A DNA stretch of 45,572 bases from Pseudoxanthomonas sp. Its GTDB lineage: Bacteria > Pseudomonadota > Gammaproteobacteria > Xanthomonadales > Xanthomonadaceae. The stretch is taken from positions 1-45,572 of the forward strand of contig JANNWF010000302.1 in assembly GCA_031408455.1 (NCBI GenBank), written 5' to 3'. Both the position numbers and the translations under genes were made by a program. Of the stretch, positions 10,101 through 17,915 are shown in pieces. The notes below the pieces were generated by a model that did no database searches, was not told the origin of the DNA, and saw nothing but the letters and a program-made list of their open reading frames with translations. Position 1 is the stretch's first letter; each line of letters starts with the position of its first letter.

Positions 10101-11758
10101 CGCTCGGCATTGCCGGTCTTTGGATCGAGCACGAACAAGCCATCCAAGGTGCCAATCCACAAGCGCGCGCGATCATCTTCAAACAGACTGAGGATGGTGC
10201 TGTTGCCCAAGCCGTCGGGCAGATCCGGGTTGGGCCCAAAGCGTCGCCACTCGCCGCTGGCCGGGGTATATGCGAGCAATCCAGACGACGTGGTCCCTGC
10301 CCAAAGGGTGCCGTCGCGAGCCCTCAACAAGCAGCGGTACTGCGGCTCCTTGCTGGCAGTGGTAGTGGCGTCGCCGTTCGCGGTGAGTGACAAGCGTCGC
10401 GATGTTGCGCCGGTCGGATCCAAATCCACCAATCCACGATCCGTGGCGACCACGACGTTCATTTCCTGTCCGCGGGCGAGACCGACGATGCGCAAGTTGC
10501 GTGTGGCGGCAGGGTCCAACGCCAGCGCCGATGCGAGTGGCTGGATGAACTCTTCAACAGCCCCGTTGGCCAACTCAATGCGCTTCAAACTGCCCGCATT
10601 GGTGCCAGCCCAGATAACTCCCGGCTCTGCTTCCAACAGGCTGCGAAAGTTATTGCTGGCCGGGTTCTCGCCGATGTTTGCGGGGTCGATCAGCAGACTG
10701 AAGCGTGCGCCGGTGGTCGGCGTCGTTGCCAAACCAAAGGCCTCGCCACCGACCCACAGCAGACCGCCGGCATCGATCATCATCGAAGACACTTGCGAAT
10801 CGTGCAGGCTGCCCGGAATCGCCGGATTGGCATCGAAGCGCTTGCCGATGCCGCTGTCTGGATCAAGCCGCAGCAGCCCACCTGCATAAAGACCAAGCCA
10901 CAGTCGTCCGTCGGCATCGGCGACGATTTGACGAACCGCCGGCACTGGATCGCCACCGTGGAGCAGCACTGGCCGCAGCACGTCGTCGTCGCCGAGTTGC
11001 ATCAATCCGTCGATACCGCCGACCCAGACTCGCTGCTGGCCATCGCGATGCACCGCCAAGATCAATCGGCTGGTGCCGATGCGTTCGCCGCGTTGGGTGA
11101 GCGGGTCGATGCGGAACAGACCGTCGTCGGTGGCGGCGAGCAAGCGCTTGGTCGCATCCAGCGCAAGGCTCATCGAGCGCGGCACGCCACGCTTCTCGTT
11201 ACGAACGGTGTTGGCGATCCGCAGCACTTCGACACGGCGACCGCTGTCCAACTCAAAGCGTTCGATGCCAGCGGCAGTACCTACCCAGAGGCCGCCGTCA
11301 GTGGCCGCAATCGCCAGTACCCGATCCCGCATCGGATCGTTGCGCAAGGTCGCGGTTCGCGCCTCGCCGGTCACCAGATCGATGGAGGTCAGAAAATGGC
11401 CGTTGGTGCCGGTCCACAGGCGGCCGCGGCCATCCAAGGCCAAGGCGGTGACAAAGCTCTCGGGCAAGCCGCCGGGTTCACCGTGATTGCCGCCAATTTG
11501 CTGTAGCTCTTGGCCGTCGAAGCGCTGCAAACCTGCCTGCGTGCCTATCCACACAAAACCTTGATCGTCTTGCACCAGCGCTTGAACACTGCGTTGCAGC
11601 AGCCCTTGGCTGGCGCTGACGCGAGAGAATTGGTAATCACGACGGGCAGCGTTGGCAGCGGTGGTTAGCAGCAAAACGGCAAGCGCCAGCAACGACAGCC
11701 ACGTGCCTAGGCAGCGGTCAGGGACACGCACCCTTTGGCGTTGCGACCCCCGAGGCAT
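7130..11758 (-). CDS. Periplasmic two-component-regulator-propeller/Y_Y_Y sensor with PAS-PAS-GGDEF-EAL output (c-di-GMP turnover)
   Basis: The N-terminus has a signal/TM segment. Repeated W(V/I)GT..GL propeller units and a Y_Y_Y-like block follow. A TM segment (GYGLLGLLAIGLVL) and PAS regions come next. RLGGDEFTVVL (GGDEF), EALLRW, ELEVTES and DDFGTGYSSL (EAL) are present. The ATG at 11758 is preceded by AAGGAAGGGC. Confidence 0.9.
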   Translation of the reverse strand: MPRGSQRQRVRVPDRCLGTWLSLLALAVLLLTTAANAARRDYQFSRVSASQGLLQRSVQALVQDDQGFVWIGTQAGLQRFDGQELQQIGGNHGEPGGLPESFVTALALDGRGRLWTGTNGHFLTSIDLVTGEARTATLRNDPMRDRVLAIAATDGGLWVGTAAGIERFELDSGRRVEVLRIANTVRNEKRGVPRSMSLALDATKRLLAATDDGLFRIDPLTQRGERIGTSRLILAVHRDGQQRVWVGGIDGLMQLGDDDVLRPVLLHGGDPVPAVRQIVADADGRLWLGLYAGGLLRLDPDSGIGKRFDANPAIPGSLHDSQVSSMMIDAGGLLWVGGEAFGLATTPTTGARFSLLIDPANIGENPASNNFRSLLEAEPGVIWAGTNAGSLKRIELANGAVEEFIQPLASALALDPAATRNLRIVGLARGQEMNVVVATDRGLVDLDPTGATSRRLSLTANGDATTTASKEPQYRCLLRARDGTLWAGTTSSGLLAYTPASGEWRRFGPNPDLPDGLGNSTILSLFEDDRARLWIGTLDGLFVLDPKTGNAERHAHRPGDASSLSNNLVRAVLQTKDGQLWVANHGGLDRVIEDRKSESGAASRLRFEHQNAAEGSLIATVYSVLEDSAGKLWMSNNLGITRFDPGTHVVSHYGMADGLQELEFNGGAQLALSDGRLLFGGIQGINLFEPADIVASTYAPPVVLTSLQVGNSGAPQQFLRELTQIDVPQSARLLRLRFAALDFAEPHGTRVEYRLDGFDNDWVRHGSGGEATYTNLDAGNYTLRVRGSNSDGVWSEHELSLPLRVIPEWWNSASARVGYGLLGLLAIGLVLRMQRGRRQSEVAMLRQIAQREERLKLALWGSGDEFWDWDILSNVVHRIGADQLLGRAMEEDLSTDDWRARAVHPDDLGRVQALLQAHITGQTPAFESEHRVRNARGDWIWVRSRGKVVERDTQNNALRIAGTARDITYSRDAERERRIATEVLSSMSEAVAVVDLEFRFVSVNPSFSRITGYTEAEVLGKPSSLLDSTQQHVEFYHQLRETTELEGHWKGEIWQRRKGGDEFLGWIELSEVCDKLGARTHFVAVVADITDQKRAELELRYLANYDTLTGLPNRTLLAERLERAVARARRANSRVGVLFLDLDRFKDINDSMGHAAGDRLLKAAAARLQETVREIDTVARLGGDEFTVVLEDLADAAAAEQMAARIVAAFDAPLEIEGRAETSISPSIGVALYPDHASSPNDLLKFADTAMYQAKDRGRNTWQMYTEAMDAETRRRASMMAALRKALDRGEFSLLFQPKLSLQERRITGVEALLRWNSDELGPISPAVFIPLAEETGLIVAIGEWVLREAAMTLARWRRAGFNDLVMAINISVLQLLRGHLPERVAAVLEECNVPANRIELEVTESMVMANAEQAILAMRALKSLGVSLAIDDFGTGYSSLIYLKRLPIDTLKIDKAFVGDLTTDPDDEAITATIITMAHSLGLNVVAEGAETIDQIGYLNEQGCDEIQGYWLSWPLDDTRCIDFIRDWSPTCLGTIGGRFA

Positions 11759-11798
11759 GCCCTTCCTTGATTTCGTGCTGTGCGGTCTTGAAGTGTAG

Positions 11799-11860
11799 GC
11801 CAACACCAGCGCCTTGACGCAAGGGCTTTGCCAAAGCCAACACCAGCGCCTTGACGCAAG
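11799..11860. repeat. Two exact 25-bp direct repeats (gccaacaccagcgccttgacgcaag) with 37-bp period in a divergent promoter region
   Basis: The copies at 11799-11823 and 11836-11860 are identical on reading. A partial third copy, gcgccttgcaa, follows at 11860-11870. Each copy contains TTGACG. Confidence 0.85.
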
Positions 11861-12034
11861 CGCCTTGCAAATGCCGATAAAGCTCGGGCGTGCTTTTCAG
11901 GTCAAGGAAAGCGATCCAAGCCCGATCAGCGATTGCGGCCCGCGCCGTGCATCTCAACTGATCCCGGTGCCTCACCCGTGGCTGGCAGCTCGAAGGTGCG
12001 CTGCTACACTCGCCTCCTTACCTTGGAATGCTCT

Positions 12035-12598
12035 GTGTCCAGTCGGCCATTACCCGCTTTTGAACCCGTCCAAACCGCGCTGGTCGCACTGGCATTGGGC
12101 GTTGATGCCGACGAGCTACATGGCTCCCTGTGCGGCTATGTCACTGGCGGCGGTCAATGCCGGCCGACCGCTTGGCCTGAGCAGCTCGCCTTGGATGCTG
12201 TCGACGCGGTGGCCTTGAGCGCCGAACAGCCCTTGGGACAGCTGTTTGCAAGCAGCCTGGCGCAACTCGCCGATGACTCTGTGAGTTTCCAGCTGCTGCT
12301 GCCCGAGCAAGCGCCGCTGAGCGAGCGCGCCGACGCGCTGCTGCAGTGGTGCCGGGGATTTCTCGGTGGCTTTGGGCTGGCGCGTGGAAGGACCCACTCC
12401 GAGGACGCGGCCGAAGCACTCGCCGATCTTGGCCGCATTGCCGGCACCGTGGTGACCTTCGAAGATCCCGAGCAAGACGAAGAATCGTTGGAAGAGCTGA
12501 TCGAATTTGTCCGGATTGCGGTGTTGCTGCTGAACGACGATCAAGCGGATGACGACGAGCAGCCAATGGCTTCGCTCAATCCCTCCCGTTTGCACTGA
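12035..12598 (+). CDS. ygfB: UPF0149 family protein YgfB
   Basis: ELHGSLCGYVTGGG..., SFQLLLPE...RADALLQWCRGFLGGFGL and ESLEELIEFVRIAVLLL align with E. coli YgfB. Position upstream of pepP is conserved. The GTG at 12035 gives ~187 aa; the start is uncertain. Confidence 0.85.
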   Translation: MSSRPLPAFEPVQTALVALALGVDADELHGSLCGYVTGGGQCRPTAWPEQLALDAVDAVALSAEQPLGQLFASSLAQLADDSVSFQLLLPEQAPLSERADALLQWCRGFLGGFGLARGRTHSEDAAEALADLGRIAGTVVTFEDPEQDEESLEELIEFVRIAVLLLNDDQADDDEQPMASLNPSRLH

Positions 12599-12641
12599 AC
12601 ATCCATTGCAGATGTTCGAATCCGACTAGACCAAGGCCGTC

Positions 12642-13964
12642 ATGATCAAACCAGCCGAATTCGCTCGTCGCCGTCGCCAGTTGATGCGGATGGCAGGCAA
12701 TGACGCCATTCTGATTTTGCCAGCAGCCACTGAGCGCTTTCGCAACAGCGACAGCCACTATCCATTTCGGCAGGACAGCGATTTTCTCTATCTCACCGGA
12801 TTCAACGAGCCTGAAGCGGTATTGGTGCTGGTGCCGGGCCGCAAGCATGGCGAGGCCCTGTTGTTTTGTCGCGAGCGCAATCCCGAGCGCGAAGCATGGG
12901 ATGGGCCGCGCGCAGGCACCGAAGGCGCGGTAGCGAATTTCGGCATGGATGATGCCTATCCATTTTCTGATCTTGACGACATCCTGCCCGGACTGATCGA
13001 AGGCCGCTCGCGGGTGTATTACCACCTCGGTCGTGACGCCGAGTTCGATCTCAAGTTGATTGGCTGGGTCAATCGTGTGCGCGCGCAGATCAAGCAAGGC
13101 GCGCAGCCACCGCACGAGTTCTTGGCGCTGGGTCACCTGCTGCATGACCTGCGTCTATTTAAGAGTCGCGATGAGATCGCGTTGATGAAAAAAAGCGCCG
13201 CGATCGCTGCTGAAGCGCATGTGCGGGCCATGCAAGCGGCGCGCGCCGGCATGTACGAATACGAGATCGAAGCCGAGCTGATTCATAGCTTCCGTCGCCG
13301 TGGTGCGGTGCCTTCCTACGAGCCCATCGTCGGTGCGGGTGGCAACGCCTGCGTGCTGCATTACCGCGCCAACAATGCGCTGTTGCGCAGTGGCGATTTG
13401 TTGCTGATCGATGCCGGTGCCGAGCTGCATGGCTACGCCTCGGATATCACCCGCACCTTTCCCATCGATGGTCGCTTCTCGACTGCTCAGCGTGCGATCT
13501 ATGCCTTGGTACTGAAGGCGCAGTTGGCGGCGATTGCAGCGGTACGCCCCGGCGCTTGCTGGATCACGCCGCACGACACCGCTGTGCGCGTGCTGACCGA
13601 AGGCATGCTTGAACAGGGGTTGCTGAAGGGCAGTCTGGCGCAGTGTTTGAAGGACGAAAGCTATAAGCGCTTCTACATGCACAAGACCGGCCATTGGATT
13701 GGCCTAGATGTGCATGACGTCGGCGACTACCGCATCGATGGCAAGTACCGCTTGCTTGAGCCGGGCATGGTCCTGACCATCGAGCCGGGCATCTACATCG
13801 CCGCCGATAGCAAGGGCGTGGCGGCGAAGTGGCGTGGTATCGGCGTGCGCATCGAGGATGACGTGCTGGTCACCGCAAATGGCTGCGAAGTATTGAGCGG
13901 GGGCGTGCCGAAGGCGGTGGATGAGATCGAAGCCTTGATGACTGCCAACCAGCTCGCGGCCTGA
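12642..13964 (+). CDS. pepP: Xaa-Pro aminopeptidase
   Basis: 440 aa. M24B motifs are visible: DAGAELHGYASDITRTFP, HKTGHWIGLDVHD, TIEPGIY and IRIEDDV. Confidence 0.93.
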   Translation: MIKPAEFARRRRQLMRMAGNDAILILPAATERFRNSDSHYPFRQDSDFLYLTGFNEPEAVLVLVPGRKHGEALLFCRERNPEREAWDGPRAGTEGAVANFGMDDAYPFSDLDDILPGLIEGRSRVYYHLGRDAEFDLKLIGWVNRVRAQIKQGAQPPHEFLALGHLLHDLRLFKSRDEIALMKKSAAIAAEAHVRAMQAARAGMYEYEIEAELIHSFRRRGAVPSYEPIVGAGGNACVLHYRANNALLRSGDLLLIDAGAELHGYASDITRTFPIDGRFSTAQRAIYALVLKAQLAAIAAVRPGACWITPHDTAVRVLTEGMLEQGLLKGSLAQCLKDESYKRFYMHKTGHWIGLDVHDVGDYRIDGKYRLLEPGMVLTIEPGIYIAADSKGVAAKWRGIGVRIEDDVLVTANGCEVLSGGVPKAVDEIEALMTANQLAA

Positions 13965-13967
13965 GCC

Positions 13968-14897
13968 ATGTCGATTGGCGCAGAACCAAGTGGTCAAGTG
14001 GTCATCGCCTATTTGCGCGATTTGCAAGATCGACTGTGCAGCAGTCTGAGCGCCGCCGACGGCGCAGCAGAATTTCACGAAGACATTTGGCAACGCGCCG
14101 AGGGCGGCGGAGGGCGCTCGCGGGTGCTTAAAAATGGCGCACTGTTCGAACAAGCCGGCGTGGGTTACTCGGAAGTGTCGGGCCCACGCTTGCCTCCCTC
14201 CGCTTCACTGCATCGCCCTGAGCTTGCCGGCGCGGCGTGGCGGGCGAGCGGCGTGTCCTTGGTGCTGCATGCGCACAATCCCTACGTGCCCACCACGCAT
14301 ATGAACGTGCGCCACTTCCAAGCGCTGCGTGATGGCGAGGAAGTCGCGTGGTGGTTTGGCGGGGGTTTTGACTTAACGCCGTTCTATCCATTTGCAAGCG
14401 ACGTGCGGCACTGGCATCGCGTCGCCCAAACCGCTTGTGCGCCCTATGGCGACGACGTCTACGCCCAGCACAAGCAGGCCTGCGACGAGTACTTCTTCCT
14501 CCGCCATCGTAATGAAACCCGCGGGGTTGGCGGCTTGTTTTTTGATGATCTCAGCCGCTGGGGCTTTGAGCGTTGCTTCGCTTACTTGCGCGATGTTGGC
14601 AATGCCTTCCTGCCCGCGTACTTGCCGATTGCCGAGCGCCGCCGTGACACGCCATTCGGTGAACGCGAGCGCGAGTTTCAGCTGTATCGGCGTGGTCGTT
14701 ATGTCGAGTTCAACCTGGTCTGGGATCGCGGTACCTTATTTGGCTTGCAGAGCGGCGGCCGCACCGAATCAATCCTGATGAGCTTGCCGCCGCGGGTGCG
14801 CTTTGAGTACAGCTATGCGCCTGAGCTTGGCTCGCCCGAGGCAGCGTTGAGCGATTTCTTGCGGCCACGCGATTGGCTGAACGAAGCGGACGAGTAG
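13968..14897 (+). CDS. hemF: Oxygen-dependent coproporphyrinogen III oxidase
   Basis: 309 aa with [18 protein letters not shown] and [20 protein letters not shown]. Confidence 0.93.
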   Translation: MSIGAEPSGQVVIAYLRDLQDRLCSSLSAADGAAEFHEDIWQRAEGGGGRSRVLKNGALFEQAGVGYSEVSGPRLPPSASLHRPELAGAAWRASGVSLVLHAHNPYVPTTHMNVRHFQALRDGEEVAWWFGGGFDLTPFYPFASDVRHWHRVAQTACAPYGDDVYAQHKQACDEYFFLRHRNETRGVGGLFFDDLSRWGFERCFAYLRDVGNAFLPAYLPIAERRRDTPFGEREREFQLYRRGRYVEFNLVWDRGTLFGLQSGGRTESILMSLPPRVRFEYSYAPELGSPEAALSDFLRPRDWLNEADE

Positions 14898-14950
14898 CGG
14901 ACGCGGTCGAACACCAGACCGCCATACGTCCGCCCGTTGTCCTTAAGCCC

Positions 14951-15026
14951 GTCATTCCGGCGCACGCCGGAATCCACTTGCTTGCACCGAGGCCAGACCG
15001 TGGATTCCGGCGTGCGCCGGAATGAC
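14951..15026. repeat. Perfect inverted pair of CCGGAAT-family palindromic units (27-bp arms, 22-bp spacer)
   Basis: gtcattccggcgcacgccggaatccac at 14951-14977 is the exact reverse complement of 15000-15026. It lies 54 nt after the hemF stop. Confidence 0.9.
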
Positions 15027-15086
15027 GATGAGGCAAGTGCTGCCTCGAGGAACCATTCCAAATAGGCAGGCATCCAACCGATTACC

Positions 15087-15215
15087 CAAAAAGAAACCCC
15101 GCCGGCGAGGGGGCGCCGACGGGGTTAGGGATAGAGGCCAGATAGGGGAGGACCTGACCTCTGTCGATTCACCCTAGGGGGGAGGGATGAATCTGCTGGG
15201 GACGTTGCGTCACCC
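15087..15215 (-). ncRNA. sX13-like small RNA: three stem-loops, each with a C-rich loop, the last one a terminator
   Basis: Minus-strand hairpin 1 (15166-15193) has loop CCCCCCU. Hairpin 2 (15133-15162) has loop GUCCUCCCCUAU. Hairpin 3 (15097-15124) has loop CCCCCU and is followed by UUUCUUUUU. The mismatches are G.U wobbles on the minus strand but C.A on the plus strand. The 5' end is a guess. Confidence 0.65.
15088..15126 (-). terminator. Rho-independent terminator (3' hairpin of the sRNA)
   Basis: CCCCGUCGGCG-CCCCCU-CGCCGGCGGGG followed by UUUCUUUUU on the minus strand. Confidence 0.8.
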
Positions 15216-15394
15216 GCATGCATAGATTACGGATCGCCCCTGAAGGTTCAGTGATGCAGTGCTGAATAAACGTTAAAGTTCAGCATTGATTAAGTCGAAA
15301 ATCGCGGTAAGCGTGCGTTTGTTCACATTCCGTGACAACGAGGCGAACACGCGGTGATGGTGTGAGGGTGCATGCGACATGCCGCGCTAGTGCT

Positions 15395-17800
15395 TCATCT
15401 GCGCGCCTGCGCATAGCTGATGAGGTCCTCTGGCGAAATGCGGATGGCGGCACCGGTGGGGCAGGAGCGTACGCAGGCGGGGCCGCCGGAGACGCCTTTG
15501 CACATGTCGCACTTCACCGCTTTCTTCTCGTTGGCGGTGCCGTCGGTGGCATAGGGCGATTCGCCGGGGCCGGAGCCCAAGCCAAACATCAGCCACGCCA
15601 GCAATCCTGGCTTTTTGCCTTTCTTGCCGCTCATGTGAATGACGCCGTAGGGGCAGTTGCGTTCGCAGTTGCCGCAGCCGATGCAGTTGTCGGCGATGAA
15701 GACTTCGCCGTCAGGCGCACGCTTGATCGCATCGGGCGGACAGTCCTTCATGCAGTGCGGGTGCTCGCAGTGGCGGCACGAGGTCGGCACATGCACCGAG
15801 GCAAACGTAGGGCCGGCTTCGCGATTGAGCCGTGAGGTGCCGCCGTGGGTTTCAGCGCAGGCTTTTTCGCAATTGTCGCAGCGCACGCATAAAGACTCAT
15901 CGATCAAAAGAACGTCGGTCGCTTCGCCCACGCCTTGCTGCATCAGGAAGCTGATGATGTCGCCGCCGCTGCTGGCGGCGGTTTGCATGGCCAGATTGGC
16001 CGCGGTGCGCATGCGGTATTCGCCTTGCATGCGCATGCGCAGATTGGGATCGCGTGCCATCAATTTGCTGAAGCTGGCCGCATTCAAGCGAATCGTTTCG
16101 GTCGCCACGGCGGCGCGCGCGGTGGCCGAGCGCTTCGATTCACCGAGCAAGGCCATCTCGCCCACGTAGTTGCCGGCCGGCACGTACGACAGCACGACTT
16201 CCTTGCCACCGATCAGCCGCGAGATGGTCAGCGAGCCAACCCGGACCAGATGCAGCGCGTCGCCGGTATCTCCTTCGTTGAACAGCACCTCGTCAGGTTG
16301 CAGGCGCGTGATCTGTGCTTCGGCAACGATGTCCGCCAGCACTTCGGCCCGTGCGGTCGGCGCAAAGCGCTGCTGAATCGCGCGGGTAATGAACACCAGA
16401 TCGATGTCGCGCTTGACGGCGTTGACCGAGTTGACCAGCTTGGCCATCGAGCGGCGCGGCGTTTCCACCAGCACCGCGCCGGATCCGGCAAACACCGAGG
16501 CCATGCGGCGGCGGCCGGAGATCAGGCTCATCTCACCAAAGAACTCACCCTTTTCCAAGGTGATCCGCTGGCGGGTGTCGGCATTGACCTCGACCTCGAC
16601 CGAGCCTTCAACGATGCAGAAGAAGCTGTTGGTGTAGTCGTTGCGATCAAACACCGCCTCGCCCGGTTTGGGCGTGCGGATGGCGGAATCGATCATGAAC
16701 TCACGCAGTTGCAGTGGGGTGATGTGTGAGAGCAACCGCACATTATTCTGAATCCGCGCCAGCGACGCTTCGACACTGACAAACCCCGGCGAGCCGCTAA
16801 ATTTCGCTCGCAGCAAGGGTTCGTCGGCGGGCTCGACTTTTTCGCCGAGGATGTACTCGACGACTTCATAGCCCTGATTCATTGCCTGCTTGATCAGCGG
16901 ATAGCCGCCTAGCGCACCGACGATATACAGGCCGGGCACATTGGACTCGTACTGCGCGCTGATCGCCGGGACCGAGGCCGGGTCCTTGTTTGGAAACACG
17001 ACGCCGCAGCGCTCGACAAAGCCGCGTGGGGCGGTGGCACCGAGGCGACCGATCACCCGATCCACCAGGATTTGCGCGCGTCCTTTTGGCGTTGCGAGGG
17101 TCAATCGACCGGGCTTGCGGCCGACGCTGAGCGCCTCGACTTTTTCAGGCTCCGCGCCGTAGTAACAATGCACGCTGCCATCCTCAATGGCTTTCAGAAT
17201 GCCGTCGAGATTGCCTTGCTTGGCGCGGGCGAACTCGTCGCGACGATTGACGATGATGACGTGGTTGGACTTGGCGAGGGCGAGCGCGTTTTCGATCGCC
17301 GCGTCGCCGGCACCGATCACCACGATGGTCTCGCCGTAGTACTCATCCGGATCGTCGAGCTGATACTGGACGAAGGGCAAGTCTTCGCCAGCCACGCCGA
17401 GCTTGCGAATGTTGCCCTGCAGGCCGATCCCCATCACTACCGCATCGGCCTCGACCGAGCCGCCGCCAAAGGCGATCACGAAGTGGCCCTGCGGCTGCTT
17501 CTTGATCGACGTGACCTCGCAATTGTGGCGGATGTTGATCGAGAGTCGTGCCGCACCTGCATCCCACGCACCCAGGATTGCTTCGCGACTGCCTGCCTTG
17601 AAGGGCACCGGCGAGCGCAACGGCAGAATGCCGGGCTCGTCCATCACGTGCTTGCCCTTCTGATAGCGGTAGATGGTGTTGGACAGGTGCGACTCGGCTT
17701 CCAGCAGGATATGCGGGATGCCACGTTCGGCGGCCCGCGCTGCCGCCGACAGTCCGCCCGGGCCGGATCCAACCACCGCTATGCGATAGCGTTCGGCCAT
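15395..17800 (-). CDS. FAD/NAD(P)-dependent thioredoxin-reductase-like oxidoreductase fused to two cyclic-nucleotide-binding domains and a multi-cluster 4Fe-4S ferredoxin module
   Basis: VVGSGPGGLSAA and VVIGAGDAAIENA are Rossmann motifs. GEFFGEMSLISGRRRMASV and GNYVGEMALLGESKRSATA are cNMP phosphate-binding cassettes. The Cys motifs are CVRCDNCEKAC, CRHCEHPHCMKDCP, CIGCGNCERNCP and CDMCKG...CVRSCP. Confidence 0.88.
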   Translation of the reverse strand: MAERYRIAVVGSGPGGLSAAARAAERGIPHILLEAESHLSNTIYRYQKGKHVMDEPGILPLRSPVPFKAGSREAILGAWDAGAARLSINIRHNCEVTSIKKQPQGHFVIAFGGGSVEADAVVMGIGLQGNIRKLGVAGEDLPFVQYQLDDPDEYYGETIVVIGAGDAAIENALALAKSNHVIIVNRRDEFARAKQGNLDGILKAIEDGSVHCYYGAEPEKVEALSVGRKPGRLTLATPKGRAQILVDRVIGRLGATAPRGFVERCGVVFPNKDPASVPAISAQYESNVPGLYIVGALGGYPLIKQAMNQGYEVVEYILGEKVEPADEPLLRAKFSGSPGFVSVEASLARIQNNVRLLSHITPLQLREFMIDSAIRTPKPGEAVFDRNDYTNSFFCIVEGSVEVEVNADTRQRITLEKGEFFGEMSLISGRRRMASVFAGSGAVLVETPRRSMAKLVNSVNAVKRDIDLVFITRAIQQRFAPTARAEVLADIVAEAQITRLQPDEVLFNEGDTGDALHLVRVGSLTISRLIGGKEVVLSYVPAGNYVGEMALLGESKRSATARAAVATETIRLNAASFSKLMARDPNLRMRMQGEYRMRTAANLAMQTAASSGGDIISFLMQQGVGEATDVLLIDESLCVRCDNCEKACAETHGGTSRLNREAGPTFASVHVPTSCRHCEHPHCMKDCPPDAIKRAPDGEVFIADNCIGCGNCERNCPYGVIHMSGKKGKKPGLLAWLMFGLGSGPGESPYATDGTANEKKAVKCDMCKGVSGGPACVRSCPTGAAIRISPEDLISYAQARR

Positions 17801-17915
17801 CTCACGTTCTCTTCACAAATGTTTAGGCCGCAATCATAGCAATCGCGTCGGGCTTGACCTTATTCGGCGGCGCGGTAACGCAGACCTTGCCCAGTGCTGG
17901 ACGGCCCCAACTCGC

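Noticed and set aside
15255-15290. An AT-rich inverted repeat, tgctgaa-N12-ttcagca, downstream of the cNMP fusion gene, considered as a terminator or operator.
   Set aside because: The stem is weak at 7 bp and there is no U-tract. It may simply be part of the sRNA promoter region, and the sequence alone cannot decide.
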